Positions 24,604 through 37,300 of a DNA stretch of 64,000 bases are shown here, one piece after another. Source of the DNA: Chiloscyllium plagiosum (Eukaryota). Below the pieces are notes generated by a model. That model was not told the origin of the DNA and searched no databases. It saw nothing but the letters and a program-made list of their open reading frames with translations. The stretch is taken from contig NC_057718.1 of assembly GCF_004010195.1 (NCBI RefSeq), positions 79,602,514 to 79,666,513 of the forward strand, read 5' to 3'. The translations under genes and the position numbers were made by a program. The first letter of the stretch is position 1, and every line of letters begins with the position of its first letter.

Positions 24604-27600
24604 AGAAAGTGACAAATCAACGAGGGCTTTCAACGAGAATGCCTTCATTACATCTGTCAATTTGACTTGATCTGAATTGATATTGCTATGCAGTATCACA
24701 CACCGTACGTTGCCATGTTCCATCTCAGAAAGTGTCTTTAGGCAGCCAGCAATGAGTTTCCACTGATGTTTTGCATTGTTGAGGCTTGGAAGGCTCCGAT
24801 GCTTTCTGGTTTATATGATCCCCTTGTGAAATGGAAAAAGCCTTGGTAAAATCACAAAGGATAGCCTGTTTAACAGGCTCAATTTACTCTTGCTGGGTTT
24901 CAGTTAGTACCCTCTCATTCACACAGTTATTACTCATGAATCCTATGACTTTTCTGGTTCAGTAAAATATGGGATTTAGGGGAAGGGCATCCCCTCAATG
25001 GAGTCACATAAAGAGCAATGAGGCTTATTTACCAGAGTCAGAAATCTTAATTAGAAGGGAAGACTTGAGAAATATTGACACACTGGAAATTGAATAAATC
25101 TTGGGTTTGGTAGTTTGAAGCCAATGAAAAAGAAAATTGGGGGGGATAGTATATAAGATGCCCACTTTTATGTTACAGTCCAAGATAAATTCCAACCCTG
25201 CTTTCTCATGCTTGTTTTGAGATTTAGTCTTTCTAGATTTGTTTCACTGAAGTTACCTTTTGGACAGGTAGGATGCCCCTTTTCATATGGTGCTGGGACA
25301 CTTTTGGGAGGGGTCAAGTTTCTGATCTATTGCTAGAATCATGCTTATTCTATTGTTCAAACTTTATTAAAAAAAACCCCAGGCCTTATGAGATGTTACT
25401 TTGATGGCTTGGAGGAGACAGCTTGATACCTATGGCTCAAAACCTCACTTAAAAAAAGGACAAAATATACTTCATAGTATAGTCACAAAAGACAACACAT
25501 TTTCAATGCTCTAATAGTTTTATCCCACATTGTGGGGATTATGATTTTATGGAAGACACATAAATATTTGCGAAGAGTATACTTAAGTAAATTAAAATGT
25601 TGTGATCTGTAGTGATTTAAATTCCTTGCCCATTAAAGTAAAAATAAGTCTACAATTCTCAGACACAAGCTGCTGGAATATATTGACTGATATGTTGTCT
25701 GGTATAGCCTAGAAATCTTTCAGATACCTTTTAGAGTACATTGATTAACAGGTAACTGGTGTAGCTTAGAAAAAAAAAGTTAACCATCTTCTCAGTTTCT
25801 TCTCAGTTTCAATAGAGTCCATTGTTACATTTCTAAGGACTTGTTAAAAAAGCTGAACTCATTATGAATACTTGCCCATGATACACAGATACATTTATGA
25901 AAATACACTTATCTCTCTAATGGTGTACACTCAATGTTAAATAGTTTTAGATATAGTTCAGGGATGCACATTCTGGTGCGAGTCTTATTTCTAGCAACGA
26001 CAGACCATAAAATCTTCTTACCTACTGGTTGACTTTTCTTTATGCACATTTTAAAGCAGTTATGTAATTAGTTTGCAAGACTTGCTTTGCCTTGTTGCCT
26101 TTGAATCCTATGTATTTAACAGATTTAGATACCAACAGTAATTGATAGTTTGAAAAGGTTATTAAAAGTTTATGTCTCTTTGAATTTGTAAATAAAATAG
26201 ATGTTTGTGATCACAATAAATTGACCAGATGAGGAGATTTTTATTTTGAATGAGTTTTATGAATGAAAGTCTTTTTTCAGTGTGACGTGTGCTGGAATGA
26301 CAACTCTATAGGATTAGTAGACTTTTCTTTTCCTTATCTCCATTTCAAAGTCAAGACTCTGAGATCTGTATATACTGGATATTGAGTGGCTATGGAGGAT
26401 ATCTGGGGAATATGCAGGATTCCCAGGGGTATAGAGGTTATGGGGAATGTGACAGAGTACAGGAAACATTGGGTGTATGTGAAATATGAGGTGGCATGGG
26501 GATCTGAGGTATATGGGAGGTGTAGACTGGGTTGTCAGTGAGGGGGTGTGAGGGATGAAGATTAGAGACCTTTAACACAACTGAAGTCCCAGATAACCAA
26601 GACAGCCTTCTAACCAGCTGACTGTGGATGCCTCTGTAATGCCTCCAAAGCAGTACACACATGCCTTTCAATGGAATGCTGCTACAAGGCAGCAGGGACA
26701 TGGACCCATTCTCATGCACTGAAGCAGGGTGCACCTCAAGGCTTTTTATTTGCTGTCTTAGTACTCACTCAGGTTGTGCCTAATTGGATGCACACATCAT
26801 CTCTGTCTTGCCTTGCCTTTTGCACTTTGTCATCTTTTTTGCCTTGCCTTCTAGTGCAGGCACAAAGTCAGGTAGCTTGTCATGGTTGTCAGCAGTGATC
26901 AGGAAAGGTTGGGGACATATTGGACCAACTCAATCAATGTCAGACCTATCATACATGCCAGAAGCTTATGTGGAAAACATACTGAATGTGCTTCAACCAA
27001 ATTGCCATGTCTTAAAGTCTAAACAGAGTAGTCCTTAATCAAGTTAATAGCGACTGTCATCACTGTGGTGTCCCAGTGCAGTCAGTCAAGGGCAATGTCC
27101 AATCTCAGTCCAGGGGCTTGAACATGGTCAAGTTGACCACTTGGGGTGGTCAGAATCAGGGGTTCTGTATCACTGCAGTCTGAGGAATGGGCTAATGTTG
27201 GTTCTGTAGGATCAATGCAGGCAGTCCCACACGGGATTAGCAGTAAGTCAGTCAGTGTGCTCTCCTTCCAACTTGATTGAGTAGGTGGGTCACAGGCAAT
27301 CCTTGGGCTCAGTTCACTGAAAGTCAAGTTGTGATATCAGGGTCACTGCTGTGGTTGTGAAGTTGGGGAAGTCAGTTGTGGAGATTGAAGGCAGCATGGT
27401 GGGATGCAGAGTGGTCAATAATTGTGACGAGCAGTTCACCATGTAAGGGTGGAAGATGACAGTACATTGGATGAGGTGGGTTACTGAGGGAGAAGTGATC
27501 ATTGACAGTCACCACCACCCTGTCATGGAAATGAGCACAGTGCACCATGATAGCTGAGTTGTAGATCAGGGCTCAGGAATAATGTTAGAATGTGAAGACA

Positions 27601-27739
27601 TAAAGAAGGAGTTAGTTGGGAATGTACCGAAACTAATAACTAATGGGGTTGACACTGGCATGCAAGTAAGAAAGGAATAGGGTTTGGGAAGTCATCTAGA
27701 TTAACAGGCTGGGCCTGGGACTAACTCTGAAAAGCACAA

Positions 27740-27870
27740 TTGGTATTGCTATCCATCCTCTAATGAATCAAAGATTATGGGGTTGAGAAACACATGAGCC
27801 ATTATCAAATAGTGGAGCAGAGTCAATGGGCTGAATGGCCTAACTCTGCTCCTACATCTTATGGCCTTAT
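27740..27870 (+). mobile_element. CR1 3' tail
   Basis: ATGGGCTGAATGGCCTAACTCTGCTCCTACATCTTATGGCCTTATG. Confidence 0.7.
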
Positions 27871-29073
27871 GAATCATAAATATGCAATGGAAATGAAAAC
27901 TTGAGTGGTGGAGTAAGTTTTCTCCTCCTACCTAAAAACATAGGCTGTTTCTTATGTGCAATATATGTCACTTTAAAGGGCAATTGCATTAATTAGGCAC
28001 GTATACAATACAGGTTAAAGACCATCTGTAATCATAGAATCTTGCATATGAAACACACAGAATGACCATCTGTTTGGGATACGAATCTAGGCCACAAATA
28101 AGCTTGACCATGTCATTGGCCATTATAGACTGATCATAGTCATCTATTTGAAGCAGAAGTAATCTCAGGTGACGAGGTCACAATTCACAAAAACAATTCA
28201 AGGCCTGAGAAGGATGCATAAGGCTTGGAGCAGATTACCTTCTAACTTCAACTCTAAATATTTGCTAAGGCATTCTAATGTGCAATACTACCTTTCTTGG
28301 GTGACGTTTCAGTAATATCACCACACTTGGGATCTCTTACTGTATTTGCATAACAATTTGTGCTGCATACATCAGAATAAGGTCGACTTAGTCAAGGGTC
28401 CATGTACAGGGCTGTATGCTAAACTGTCAATTCTAAGAAACTGTTCTGTTTCTGATATTTCCTACATAGGTTCATTTGAACTGTGACCGATGGATCCAGC
28501 CATAACAAGGTTTACTGTCATGGTGGCCGCAATGCAACTAAGGCAGGGAAAAATTGTGGAGGAGCTCATGTCAGCAGGGCCAGAAGCAGCAGCAACCTGT
28601 AGCGGCTGCCAAACAGCCTCCACACGAAGATCTCACAATTGAAGGTCCCCTCAGGATGCAGAGGAGGTTCATATTCTATATTGTCTAGATAAACAAGTGC
28701 ATTGCTGACAAAGACTGAGAGCATTCCAAGACACGATGAAAGAGCTCTGGCACCTGCTGAAGTGAGACCTGAGAGGTGTGGGGCCCACTTATCCCAGTGG
28801 GCATCGAGATTGACACCTTTGTGCTAAATCTTTCTGCAACTGGATGCTCTTAATCCTCAGCCCTCTAATAAATCAAGGCTGTTACTGATGCAATTTGTGC
28901 CAAATCATACTATTTCATCTTTATTCCCTGTGACAAGGTCAGCTGAGCAGCCTGGGCAGTGAATTCCTGAGGTGGAGGCTGCAATCGACTGTCCACACAT
29001 TGCATTGAAAGCACCTTTTCATTAAGTGCCTACCATCATCAGCGAAAAAGAGCTCCATTCCATCAATGCTCAA

Positions 29074-29141
29074 AGTTAAAAATCACACAACACCAGATTA
29101 TAGTCCAACAGGTTCATTTGGAAGCATCGGTACCTTCAAAT
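29074..29141 (-). mobile_element. ~70-bp PLE tail with 13-bp TSD
   Basis: Reverse complement of ~38900-38953; CATCAATGCTCAA at 29061-29073 and 29142-29154. Confidence 0.8.
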
Positions 29142-29302
29142 CATCAATGCTCAAGTCACCTATAATTATCAGTACTACATCTTAGAAATATGCACCAGGA
29201 TGACATGATCATGAACAGAAGATTTATCTTCTGAACATGGGGGTCCAATGCTTTGATCATTCTGGCGGAAGTGCTTGCAATCCAGACACTGTGTACCACA
29301 TA

Positions 29303-30337
29303 TCTGCTCCCAGGATGAGTGATTCCACTCCATGACATCCCAGATGTCCTCCTGTTTCAAGGTCCATAATTTCCCCTCCCTCATGATCAACAACGCCCGC
29401 AACTGCATCTCCTTCATTTCCCATACTTCTGCCCTCAAATCACCACCCCCAAAAAGCACGACAAGGATAGAGTCCCCTGGTCCTCACATTTCACCCCAAG
29501 AATTTCCAAATCCAAAGCATCATCCTCCATCCTTTTCGCCACCTGCAGTCTGACCCTACCACCAAAAAAGATATTTCCTTCCCCACCCCTATCTGCTTTC
29601 CATAGGTTTCATTCCCTCTGTGACTCCCTCGTTAGGTCCACACTCACTACCAACTTCTCCTCTACATCTGGCATCTTTCCCTGCAGCTGCAGGAGGTGCA
29701 ACACCTGCCCCCACACCTCCTCTCTTACCTTCATCCAAGGCCGCAAAGCATCATTCCAAGTCTGGCAGAGATTCACCAATATTTTCTCTAAACTGATTTA
29801 TTGCATCCATTACTCCCGATGTGGTCTCCTCTACATCGCAAACTCAGAAATCGGTTCAGGGGACATCTATGATCTGCACACCCCACCTTCCGTTGGCCAG
29901 CCATTTCACATCTCCCGACGACAGGCCATCCTGGGCCTCCAATATCGTAAAAATAAGGCCATATGCAAACTGGAGAAGAACACCTCATCTTCCGCCTTGG
30001 GAGCATACAACCATGTGGACTCAACATAGAATTCACCAACTTCCGAATCTCCTTATCCCATACCTCATCCCAGGCCTAGACCTCCCTCTCCACCTTGTCC
30101 CCTTGACCTGACCTAACATGTCCATCATCTTTCCCACCAACCAATCACAATCACTTCCTATTTGCATCTACCTATTGCCATCCCACTTACCTTTCCACCA
30201 GCCCCACCCCTCTCCCTCAACTCCTTTCCCCCTTCACAGTCCTGATGAAGGGTGTGGGCCTGAAATACTGACTCTCCTGCTCCTCTGATGCCACTTTGAC
30301 CTGCTGTGCTTTTTCCAGCTGCACAGTTAATCGACAG
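29303..30337 (+). mobile_element. Penelope-like element 3' half (Cys linker, GIY-YIG, tail with hammerhead)
   Basis: 'FPCSCRRCNTCP', 'LIYCIHYSRCGLLYI'; AGTC-CTGATGA-AGGGTGTGGGCCT-GAAA-TACT-GACT at ~30238-30273; CACATA at 29297-29302 and 30338-30343. Confidence 0.85.
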
Positions 30338-31399
30338 CACATAATCATTGTATGCTGCACACTGTACAACTGGAGCAGGTAAAGAAGGCATGTGATGGCC
30401 ACTGAGGAATTGGGAGGTGTGGAAGCAATCTTCTGAGAAGGAAGGTGAACACATTGAAGGAGCATCACCTTCACCATAACAGTGATGTGCTGCATTGCGC
30501 ACCACAAGCCAGACAGGGTTTAACTGTTACCCGCTTCAAATGGATCTAAGCTGGGTGAAGCGATCATTCATTGACCATAAACTTGTTGCTATTCAAAAGG
30601 CGATCAGTCTTTGTTTATTCCAGAAGCAACTGTTGCATTTTTTTAGGTTGTTTTTCCTTCACATTTTGTGTTGTTTAATAAATGATAACATTTTTACCTG
30701 TTCGAAGACTTTCGAATATGTGACACTCATGCACTGAACAATGACAAGGTGTTAAATACACTGGCTGTCAGGGAAAGAGTAACACTCCCGTAGACAGGAT
30801 TCTGTCATAGCATAATGCTAAGGATGTGTAGCTTGATTCTTGTAGTTGCATTTGCAATGATTGTTGATGAGACAAGTAATAGTGTAGGGTAGCAACATAT
30901 TTCTGAATGTGAGCTTTTATTTCCAATGAAGTATCACCTGTGACATGCGTGCACCCTCGGAGCTGCTCTTTTATTTGTTTCCTTCTCATGACATGAATTA
31001 TGAAGGGCTATTTGTGACTGACAGTGGTTCATCTGGCACACAGCTGGACTTAAAATATGGCACAGATGGCAGAAATCCCAGAAGGCCCTTGCAGTGGCAA
31101 ATACTTCCGCCACTGATGAGGTCACAATAGCACATGATGCATACATAACGCTGCGAGCAGCAGAGAAAAGCGTGCAATAATTATTTAGTGCTCATGGAAA
31201 GAAGCCTTCCATGAAACTCTTCAAAATTGACACTTAACCGATTTTTGACAAAATTCAGTCCCAATGTGTGTAACTTATACATTTTTGAAATCATTCATTT
31301 TAAAGTTTGGGTCTTGAATGAGTGCCTCAATGAAAAGATCATGGTTTACATTTAGAGAGTTTTATGAACATAGTGATGTGCATTTTGCTTCAGTTAGAA

Positions 31400-32041
31400 G
31401 ATTCCAGAATTTTATTTGGCTTAGGGGAAACACCTGTAGGTTGGAAACACATTTTATTTTCAGTTTGGTATTTTGCAAAAGTCTTGCTTGAAGCTGGATG
31501 TGTTACTCAATTGCTCTTGAAGAAGTGACATATTTTAGAACCATTAAGATACAAGTTACCTTAGTGTAAGGGACATATTTTGAGTGTTCCAGACCAGAAT
31601 TGTTTGGTTAAAATCCTGAACGGGTTACTTGAAGCTGAGAAAATCTGAACTGAATTATTTGAAGAATTAAGGAAGAGGTTGTCAAATTCTCAAGACTGGG
31701 AATTGAAGCCAAAGTGAAATTAGCAATGAGAAGAGAAAGTATTCTCTGTTTTTGTGAGTACTTAAAGAGATTGCTATAAGGATTAATGAGGTTAGATTTT
31801 ACTTGGTGTTTTGAAATCTTTGAATTTGTATTATATGTAAAAATTGATTTGTTCTACTGTATTCTTCATTTCCTTGGATTTCTATTTCATTGTTTAAACT
31901 AAATCTGCAGCATTGCGTGTTTCTGTTTCAGTGAAAGATCACTTTGTTAATATCAAACAAAACCCAAAATATAATCCATCAAGTCAGATCTCAGCCTGGG
32001 GTCTTACTTAACTGGCAATAACATTATCTGGGATCATAACG
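31400..32041 (+). mobile_element. Degraded LTR-like element
   Basis: Ends ...CTGGGATCATAAC; 3' region similar to ~9290-9425; left boundary unresolved. Confidence 0.4.
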
Positions 32042-32655
32042 GTATAGCCACCAATAATGGAGTGATGAAGTTTGTGGATCAGCAAAAGTTGTACATAGAA
32101 ATCTTGAAGGCTGGCCAGATACCACTTGGAATAGTCAAATAACATTTGCAAAAGCCTTTCCTAATTTTTTAAACAACTTTTTTGATGCTCGTACAGAAAT
32201 CGGTTCACACTGGCAGGGGATGGCGATTTAAAATGTCTAATGGGATAAATCACACTGTCGTATATTGTCCTTCCTCAACAGGTTTTTAATTGATGTAGTC
32301 ATCTTTATGAGATCTGAAAAGAATTTTCTCTGTTGGTCAGTCATGCTGAGGATCTTTTCTGACCTTCAAGAAATGCTTCCATCTCTGTGATGGCTCATAC
32401 CTTTGCAAGGTAATGCCCTCTTGATTTATGCTGTGTCTCAATAATTTGATTTAGGTTTGTGAGAACTCATGTGTGTAAATCAATCCCAACTTCTTCTATC
32501 AACTTTTCAGCACTAGTTTTTTGTTATGTGCTGTCTAAACTTTATCATTAATCATAACATTGAACTCTATTGAGCACTTGCTCCAGTAGTCTTTGGCAAC
32601 ATACTACTGCAGTATGATTTCAACTGGGATCCTTGTGAAACAGCACAACACTGTG

Positions 32656-33165
32656 CAACTGGACAGTGAAGAAGTTTATCTCGGATTACAACAGGATATT
32701 GATCAGATGGGCTAATGGCTGAGGAATGGCAGATGGAGTTTAATTTAGATAAATGTAAGGTGCTGCATTTTGGAAAAGCAAATCTTAGCAGGACTTATAC
32801 ACTTAATGGTAAGGTCCTCGGGAGTGTTGCTGAACATAGAGACCTTGGAATGCAGGTTCATAGCTCCTTGAAAGTGGAATTGCAGGTAGATAGGACAGTG
32901 AAGAAGGCGCTTGGTATGCTTTCCTTTATTGGTCAGAGAATTGAGTACAGGAGTTGGGAGGTCATGTTGCGGCTGTACAGGACATTGGTTAGGCCACTGT
33001 TGGAATATTGTGTGCAATTCTGGTCTCCTCCCTATCAGAAAGATGTTGTGAAACTTAAAAGGGTTCAGAAAACATTTACAAAGGATGTTGCCAGGGTTGG
33101 AGGATTTGAGCAATAGGGAGAAGTTGAACAGGCTGGGGCTGTTTTCCCTGGAGCGTCAGAGGCTG
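32656..33165 (+). mobile_element. CR1 (HER1-like) RT-region fragment
   Basis: ORF 32715-33116 'WQMEFNLDKCKVLHFG...LYRTLVRPLLEYCVQFWSP'; near-identical to the reverse complement of ~50215-50690. Confidence 0.92.
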
Positions 33166-33747
33166 TCCAACCGAGCCATGAATGCTGCTATTTCCCTTTC
33201 ATCTGCACATGTGGTGTCTCCATTGAGAGATCGATAGTTCTGATAGAAAGCCAGATCCAGAATATCCAGTGTCTTCAGCAGTTCCTTGTCCATCTCAGGT
33301 CAACAGATACAAATGTGCCTAGTATGGGAGAAGAAGCAACTGTCTTCTGCTTTTGAGAGTCCCTTTCAGGATGTTGTGAATTCTGACACCAAGATCTCAA
33401 GTTGCAGTGATGACAAAGGAAGGCCCTAAGTATAAAATAATTAAGAAAATACACCAAAAGTACTTAAGCACCATGGTGAATAGATAGTTAAGGTGTTACT
33501 GTTTATGTCTGAATATATGAGTAATGAAGATGTGATTTATTTTCTTGATATCACCATTTACTGTTTGGAAGCCCATTGGATGTACAAATTGCAACAGCTC
33601 ACTCTAGAGGTTGTCTGGGAGTGACCACAGTGTATTAGGCTATTCTTTCGACCATCCTGAAGTATTTGGTTGGATAGATGCAGTGAGATGGTTCATATAT
33701 CACAACACTTCCCGCTCATTCCAATATCAGTGTGCTGTTCATGTGAA

Positions 33748-34272
33748 CTGAATTGAATTGAATTGAATTGAATTTATTGTCACGTGTACCAAGGCACAGT
33801 GAAAAGTTTTGTCTTGCGAGCAGTACAGGTGATTACATAGTTAAATAACATACATAAGTAAATAATTGGTAAACAGCGCCAAAAACAAAAACACAGCTAC
33901 AGGCGAATGTTAAGAGCTGTGAGTCTATTCAGTATTCTAACAACAGTAGGGTAGAAACTGTTACAAAACCAGCTGGTGCATATGTTCAGGCTTCTGCACT
34001 TTCACCCAATGGTAGAGGTTGTAGAAAAACATTGCCAGGGTGGGATGGATCTTTGAGAAAGTTGGCAGCCTTTCCTTGACAGCGGGCCTGGTAGATGGAT
34101 TCTATAGATGGGAGCTTGGCCTTTGTGATTGTTCAGGCTAAGTTCACCACTCTCTGTAACCGTTTCCAATCTTGAATGGAACAGTTGCCATACTAGGTAG
34201 TGATACATCCAGACAGAATGCGCTCGATGGCACACCTATAAAAGTTGGTAAGGATATTCGCCGTCATGTCCA
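33748..34272 (-). mobile_element. Rex1/Babar-type LINE 3' end
   Basis: (GAATT)n tail; minus strand 'YRCAIERILSGCIT..YGNCS...LPSIESIY...KDPSHPG'. Confidence 0.75.
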
Positions 34273-34737
34273 GGGGTATCCCTTATTGGCAAGAAGGTGT
34301 AATGGGGAAGCAGTGACTAAGAGTTTGTGCACCAAAGTGACAAAGAGCTAAGGCAGTTAGAAATTAAATGCATCAAAATACCAGACAGGCTGGAGGAAGC
34401 AACGATGGTGATGGTTGGAAGAACTCAGACTAGTCACATTTTGTGGCTGCATTTGTGGCTACTGCAGGTGACAGGTTCAAAAAAGGCTGCAATGAAAAAC
34501 TCAGTAATTAAACACTCACCAGTACAGCTTCAGTGGTGAGGAAGCTTCTGGAGACAATACCCAAAATGGATTTAGTAGTCACTTGTGAAAGGGCATTGTT
34601 TAGGAAGCGCCTGCATGGATTTCTAAAAGAGAAATTGCATTTTAATTAACTTATAGAGTCATAAAACTTTACAGCACCAGGACTGAAAACAGAACTTTAG
34701 GCCCAACCTGTTCATCAGGAATCACTTGTGATTCAAT

Positions 34738-35420
34738 TTTGTCTCAGTGTCCATACTGGGAAACAGACCGTAAGCACAGTCCTGTTTCACAGTGCTGCTC
34801 AGGACTAACCTCAACAAAAGGGAGAAAGGGAGGACTGCGGATGCTAGAGATCAGAGTCAAGAGTGTAGAGCTGGAACAACACAGCAGGTCAGGAAGCATC
34901 CGAAGAGCAGGAGAATCGATGTTTCAGGCATAAGCCCTTCATCAGGAATCACTTGTGAATGACAAGTGATTGAAGGAATGAATCAGACACTGAGACAAAC
35001 ATCAACTAGAGGACCATCAACTTGATGAAAAATGTTCTCTGATCTGCCCAAAACTCGTTCTTTCAGAGCAAGGAGTTGACCTCAACCAAGTGTTGCAGAC
35101 TAGAATGTTCCAAGGTCCAGGACTACACACTGATGAATGCACTAAAGCTTGAGGCTGCTGACACCAAGGTACAGTGGGGAAATACCACCGTCTTAGGTCT
35201 TTTTACCAAAGTTAAGAAAGGTTTGTTCAGTTATCCAATCCTCCCGGTACCTCATAATCTTACACAAGTAAGAGATGCCTTTGGTTTGTTTGTTGGATAG
35301 AGTCAAACTCCAATGTTTGTTTGTTTACTTGATATACTACAGTACAGAATCAAACTCAATTTGAGACTATGTATAGATTTAGATTTTTTATGAATAAAAT
35401 ATATTTTTGACACAATGAGA
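34738..35420 (+). mobile_element. L1/Tx1-type LINE 3' end (34986-35420) with inverted upstream piece (34738-34818)
   Basis: 'LTSTKCCRLECSKVQDYTLMNALKL...QWGNTTV', AATAAA; inverted piece reads 'YGLFPSMDTET' and shares GACACTGAGACAAA with the forward start. Confidence 0.7.
34820..34950 (-). mobile_element. Short PLE tail including hammerhead
   Basis: Minus strand GAUUC-CUGAUGA-AGGGCUUAUGCCU-GAAA-CAUC-GAUUC at ~34913-34950. Confidence 0.8.
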
Positions 35421-35509
35421 GAGATCCACTATCCTCCATCCCCGGCTTCTCTTTCTCCATATATTCTATGACCTGAATGTGCTGTACATTAAAAATAAAA
35501 CAATAAAAT

Positions 35510-37300
35510 AATGTGGATAAATGTGAGGTTATCCACTTTGATAGCAAAGAAGGGAAGACAGATTATTGTCTGAATAGTGATAGATTGGGAGAGGAGGAGG
35601 TACACCAAGACCTGTGTGCTCTCGTACATCAGTTGCTGAAAGTAATAACACAGGTGCAGCAGCCAGTGAAGAAAGCAAAGAGTATGTTGGCATTTAGAGT
35701 GACAGGATTCAAATACAGAAGCAGGGATGTCTTGCTAAAATTGTACAGGAGAAAGTGAGGAGGCAGCTGCTGGAGATCAGAGTCAAAAAGTGTGATCCTG
35801 GAAAAGCACAGCTGGTCAGGCAACAAACGATGGAAGAGGAGAGTCGACCTTTTTTGGGAGGACAGGGGGGTGGGGAGAGTTAGGCTACGTAGGGAGTACA
35901 ATTAAGTTCTACCGGACTGATCCCTGAGGTGGCAGGACTGATGTATGAAGACAGACTGGATTGGTTAGAATTATATTCACCAGAATTTAGAAGAATCAGG
36001 GAGATCTCATAAAAACGTTTGAAGTTCTAAGAGAACTAGACAGGGTAAACACAGGTAGGATGGTATCAAGGAGCCCCATCAAAACTGAAATCAATGGGTA
36101 ATATGGGTAAATTCTCTGTTGGTTAGAGTCATACTTGGCACATAGGAAAATGATTAAGTTGTTGGAGATCTGTCATTTCAGCTCCAGGACATCTCTGCAG
36201 GAGTTCCCCAGAGTAGACCCAACCATCTTCAGCTGCTTCATTGACCTTTCCTCTATCATAATTTCAGAAGTGGGATGTTTGCCGATGATTTCGCAATGTT
36301 CAGTACATTTGTGACTCCTCAGATACTAAAGTGGTCCATGTTCAAATGCAGCAAGATCTGGACAATATTCAGTCTTGAGCTGACAAGTGGTATGTAGCAT
36401 TCATCCCACACAAATGTCAGGCAATGACCATCTCCAACAAGAGACAATCTAACCACTGCCTCATCATAATCAATCATGTTACCATAATTGAATGCCCCAC
36501 TGTCAACATATTTAGGGATATCATTGACCAGAAACTCAACTGGACTCACTGTATAAAGACAGTGGCTAAATAAAGCAGGTCAGAGGTTAGGAATACTGTC
36601 GCAAGCAACTCACCTCCTGACTCCCCAAAGCCTTTCCACCATCTACAAGGCACAAATCAGAAGGGTGATGGAACGCTCTCCACCTGCCTGGATGAGTGCA
36701 GCTCCAACGACATTCAAGAAGCTTGACACCATCCAGAACAAAGCAACCCACTTGATTGGCACCACATTCACAAGCATTCACTCCCTCCACCATGACACTC
36801 AGTAGCAACAGTGTGTACTGTCTACAAGAAGCACTGCAGAAATTTACCAAATATCCTTAGACAACACCTTCCAAATCCATGACTGCTTCCATCTAGAAAT
36901 CAACACCCTCTCCACAGCAGTTCGGATGGGCAATTATTGTTGGCCAGTCAGTGATGCCCACATCCCATGAGTGAATTAAATAAAAAGTTCCTGATGAGTG
37001 GGGAGTCTACAATGAAGGGTCACAATTTAAGGAAAAGGGGTATGCTATTTAGAACTGAGATAAGAAAAAATTGCTTCAACCAGAGAATGTAAATCTGTGG
37101 AATTCTCTGCCACAGCAAAAAGTTGAGACCAAAATATTAAATGCTTTCAGGAAAAATTTTAAAATTGTACTTGAGGCTAGAAGGATCAAAGGGTATGGTG
37201 AGAAAGTGGGAAGAGGGGACTGAGTTATATGATCAGCCATGATCATATTGAATAGCGGAGCAGGCTTGAAGGGTTCTAGGCCCCACTCCTGTTCCTATTT
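35510..37300 (+). mobile_element. CR1 3' part hosting a PLE tail (35749-35850, -) and a second-family LINE (36062-36986)
   Basis: 'DKCEVIHF', GAATTTAGAAGAATCAGGGAGATCTC; resumes GTTCCTGATGAGTGGGGAGTC and ends GAGCAGGCTTGAAGGG..CTCCTGTTCCTA. Confidence 0.85.
36062..36986 (+). mobile_element. Second LINE family (CR1/L2 group), RT C-terminal half + 3' end
   Basis: 'GVPQ', 'FADD' (TTTGCCGATGAT), 'TIYKAQIRRVME', tail GATGGGCAAT..CCCACATCCCATGAGTGAATTAAATAAAA. Confidence 0.85.

Larger units (their letters stand above)
28490..30420 (+). pseudogene. Decayed PIF/Harbinger DDE transposase interrupted by two PLE insertions
   Basis: 'AIDCPHIALKAP' (28981-29016; cf. GAIDCTH), 'HSINAQ', 'QCFDHSGG', and after the PLE 'IIIVCCTLYNW' (cf. 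CC.LHN). Confidence 0.75.

Noticed and set aside
26400..27600. G-rich tracts resembling Harbinger-derived sequence (also ~45400-45835 and ~52400-53125)
   Set aside because: No paired TIRs or clear protein motif could be shown
29074..29141. Idea that this insert begins exactly at the hammerhead cleavage site
   Set aside because: TCGG..CCTTCA beyond that point looks like deleted ribozyme sequence, so a precise cleavage end is not supported
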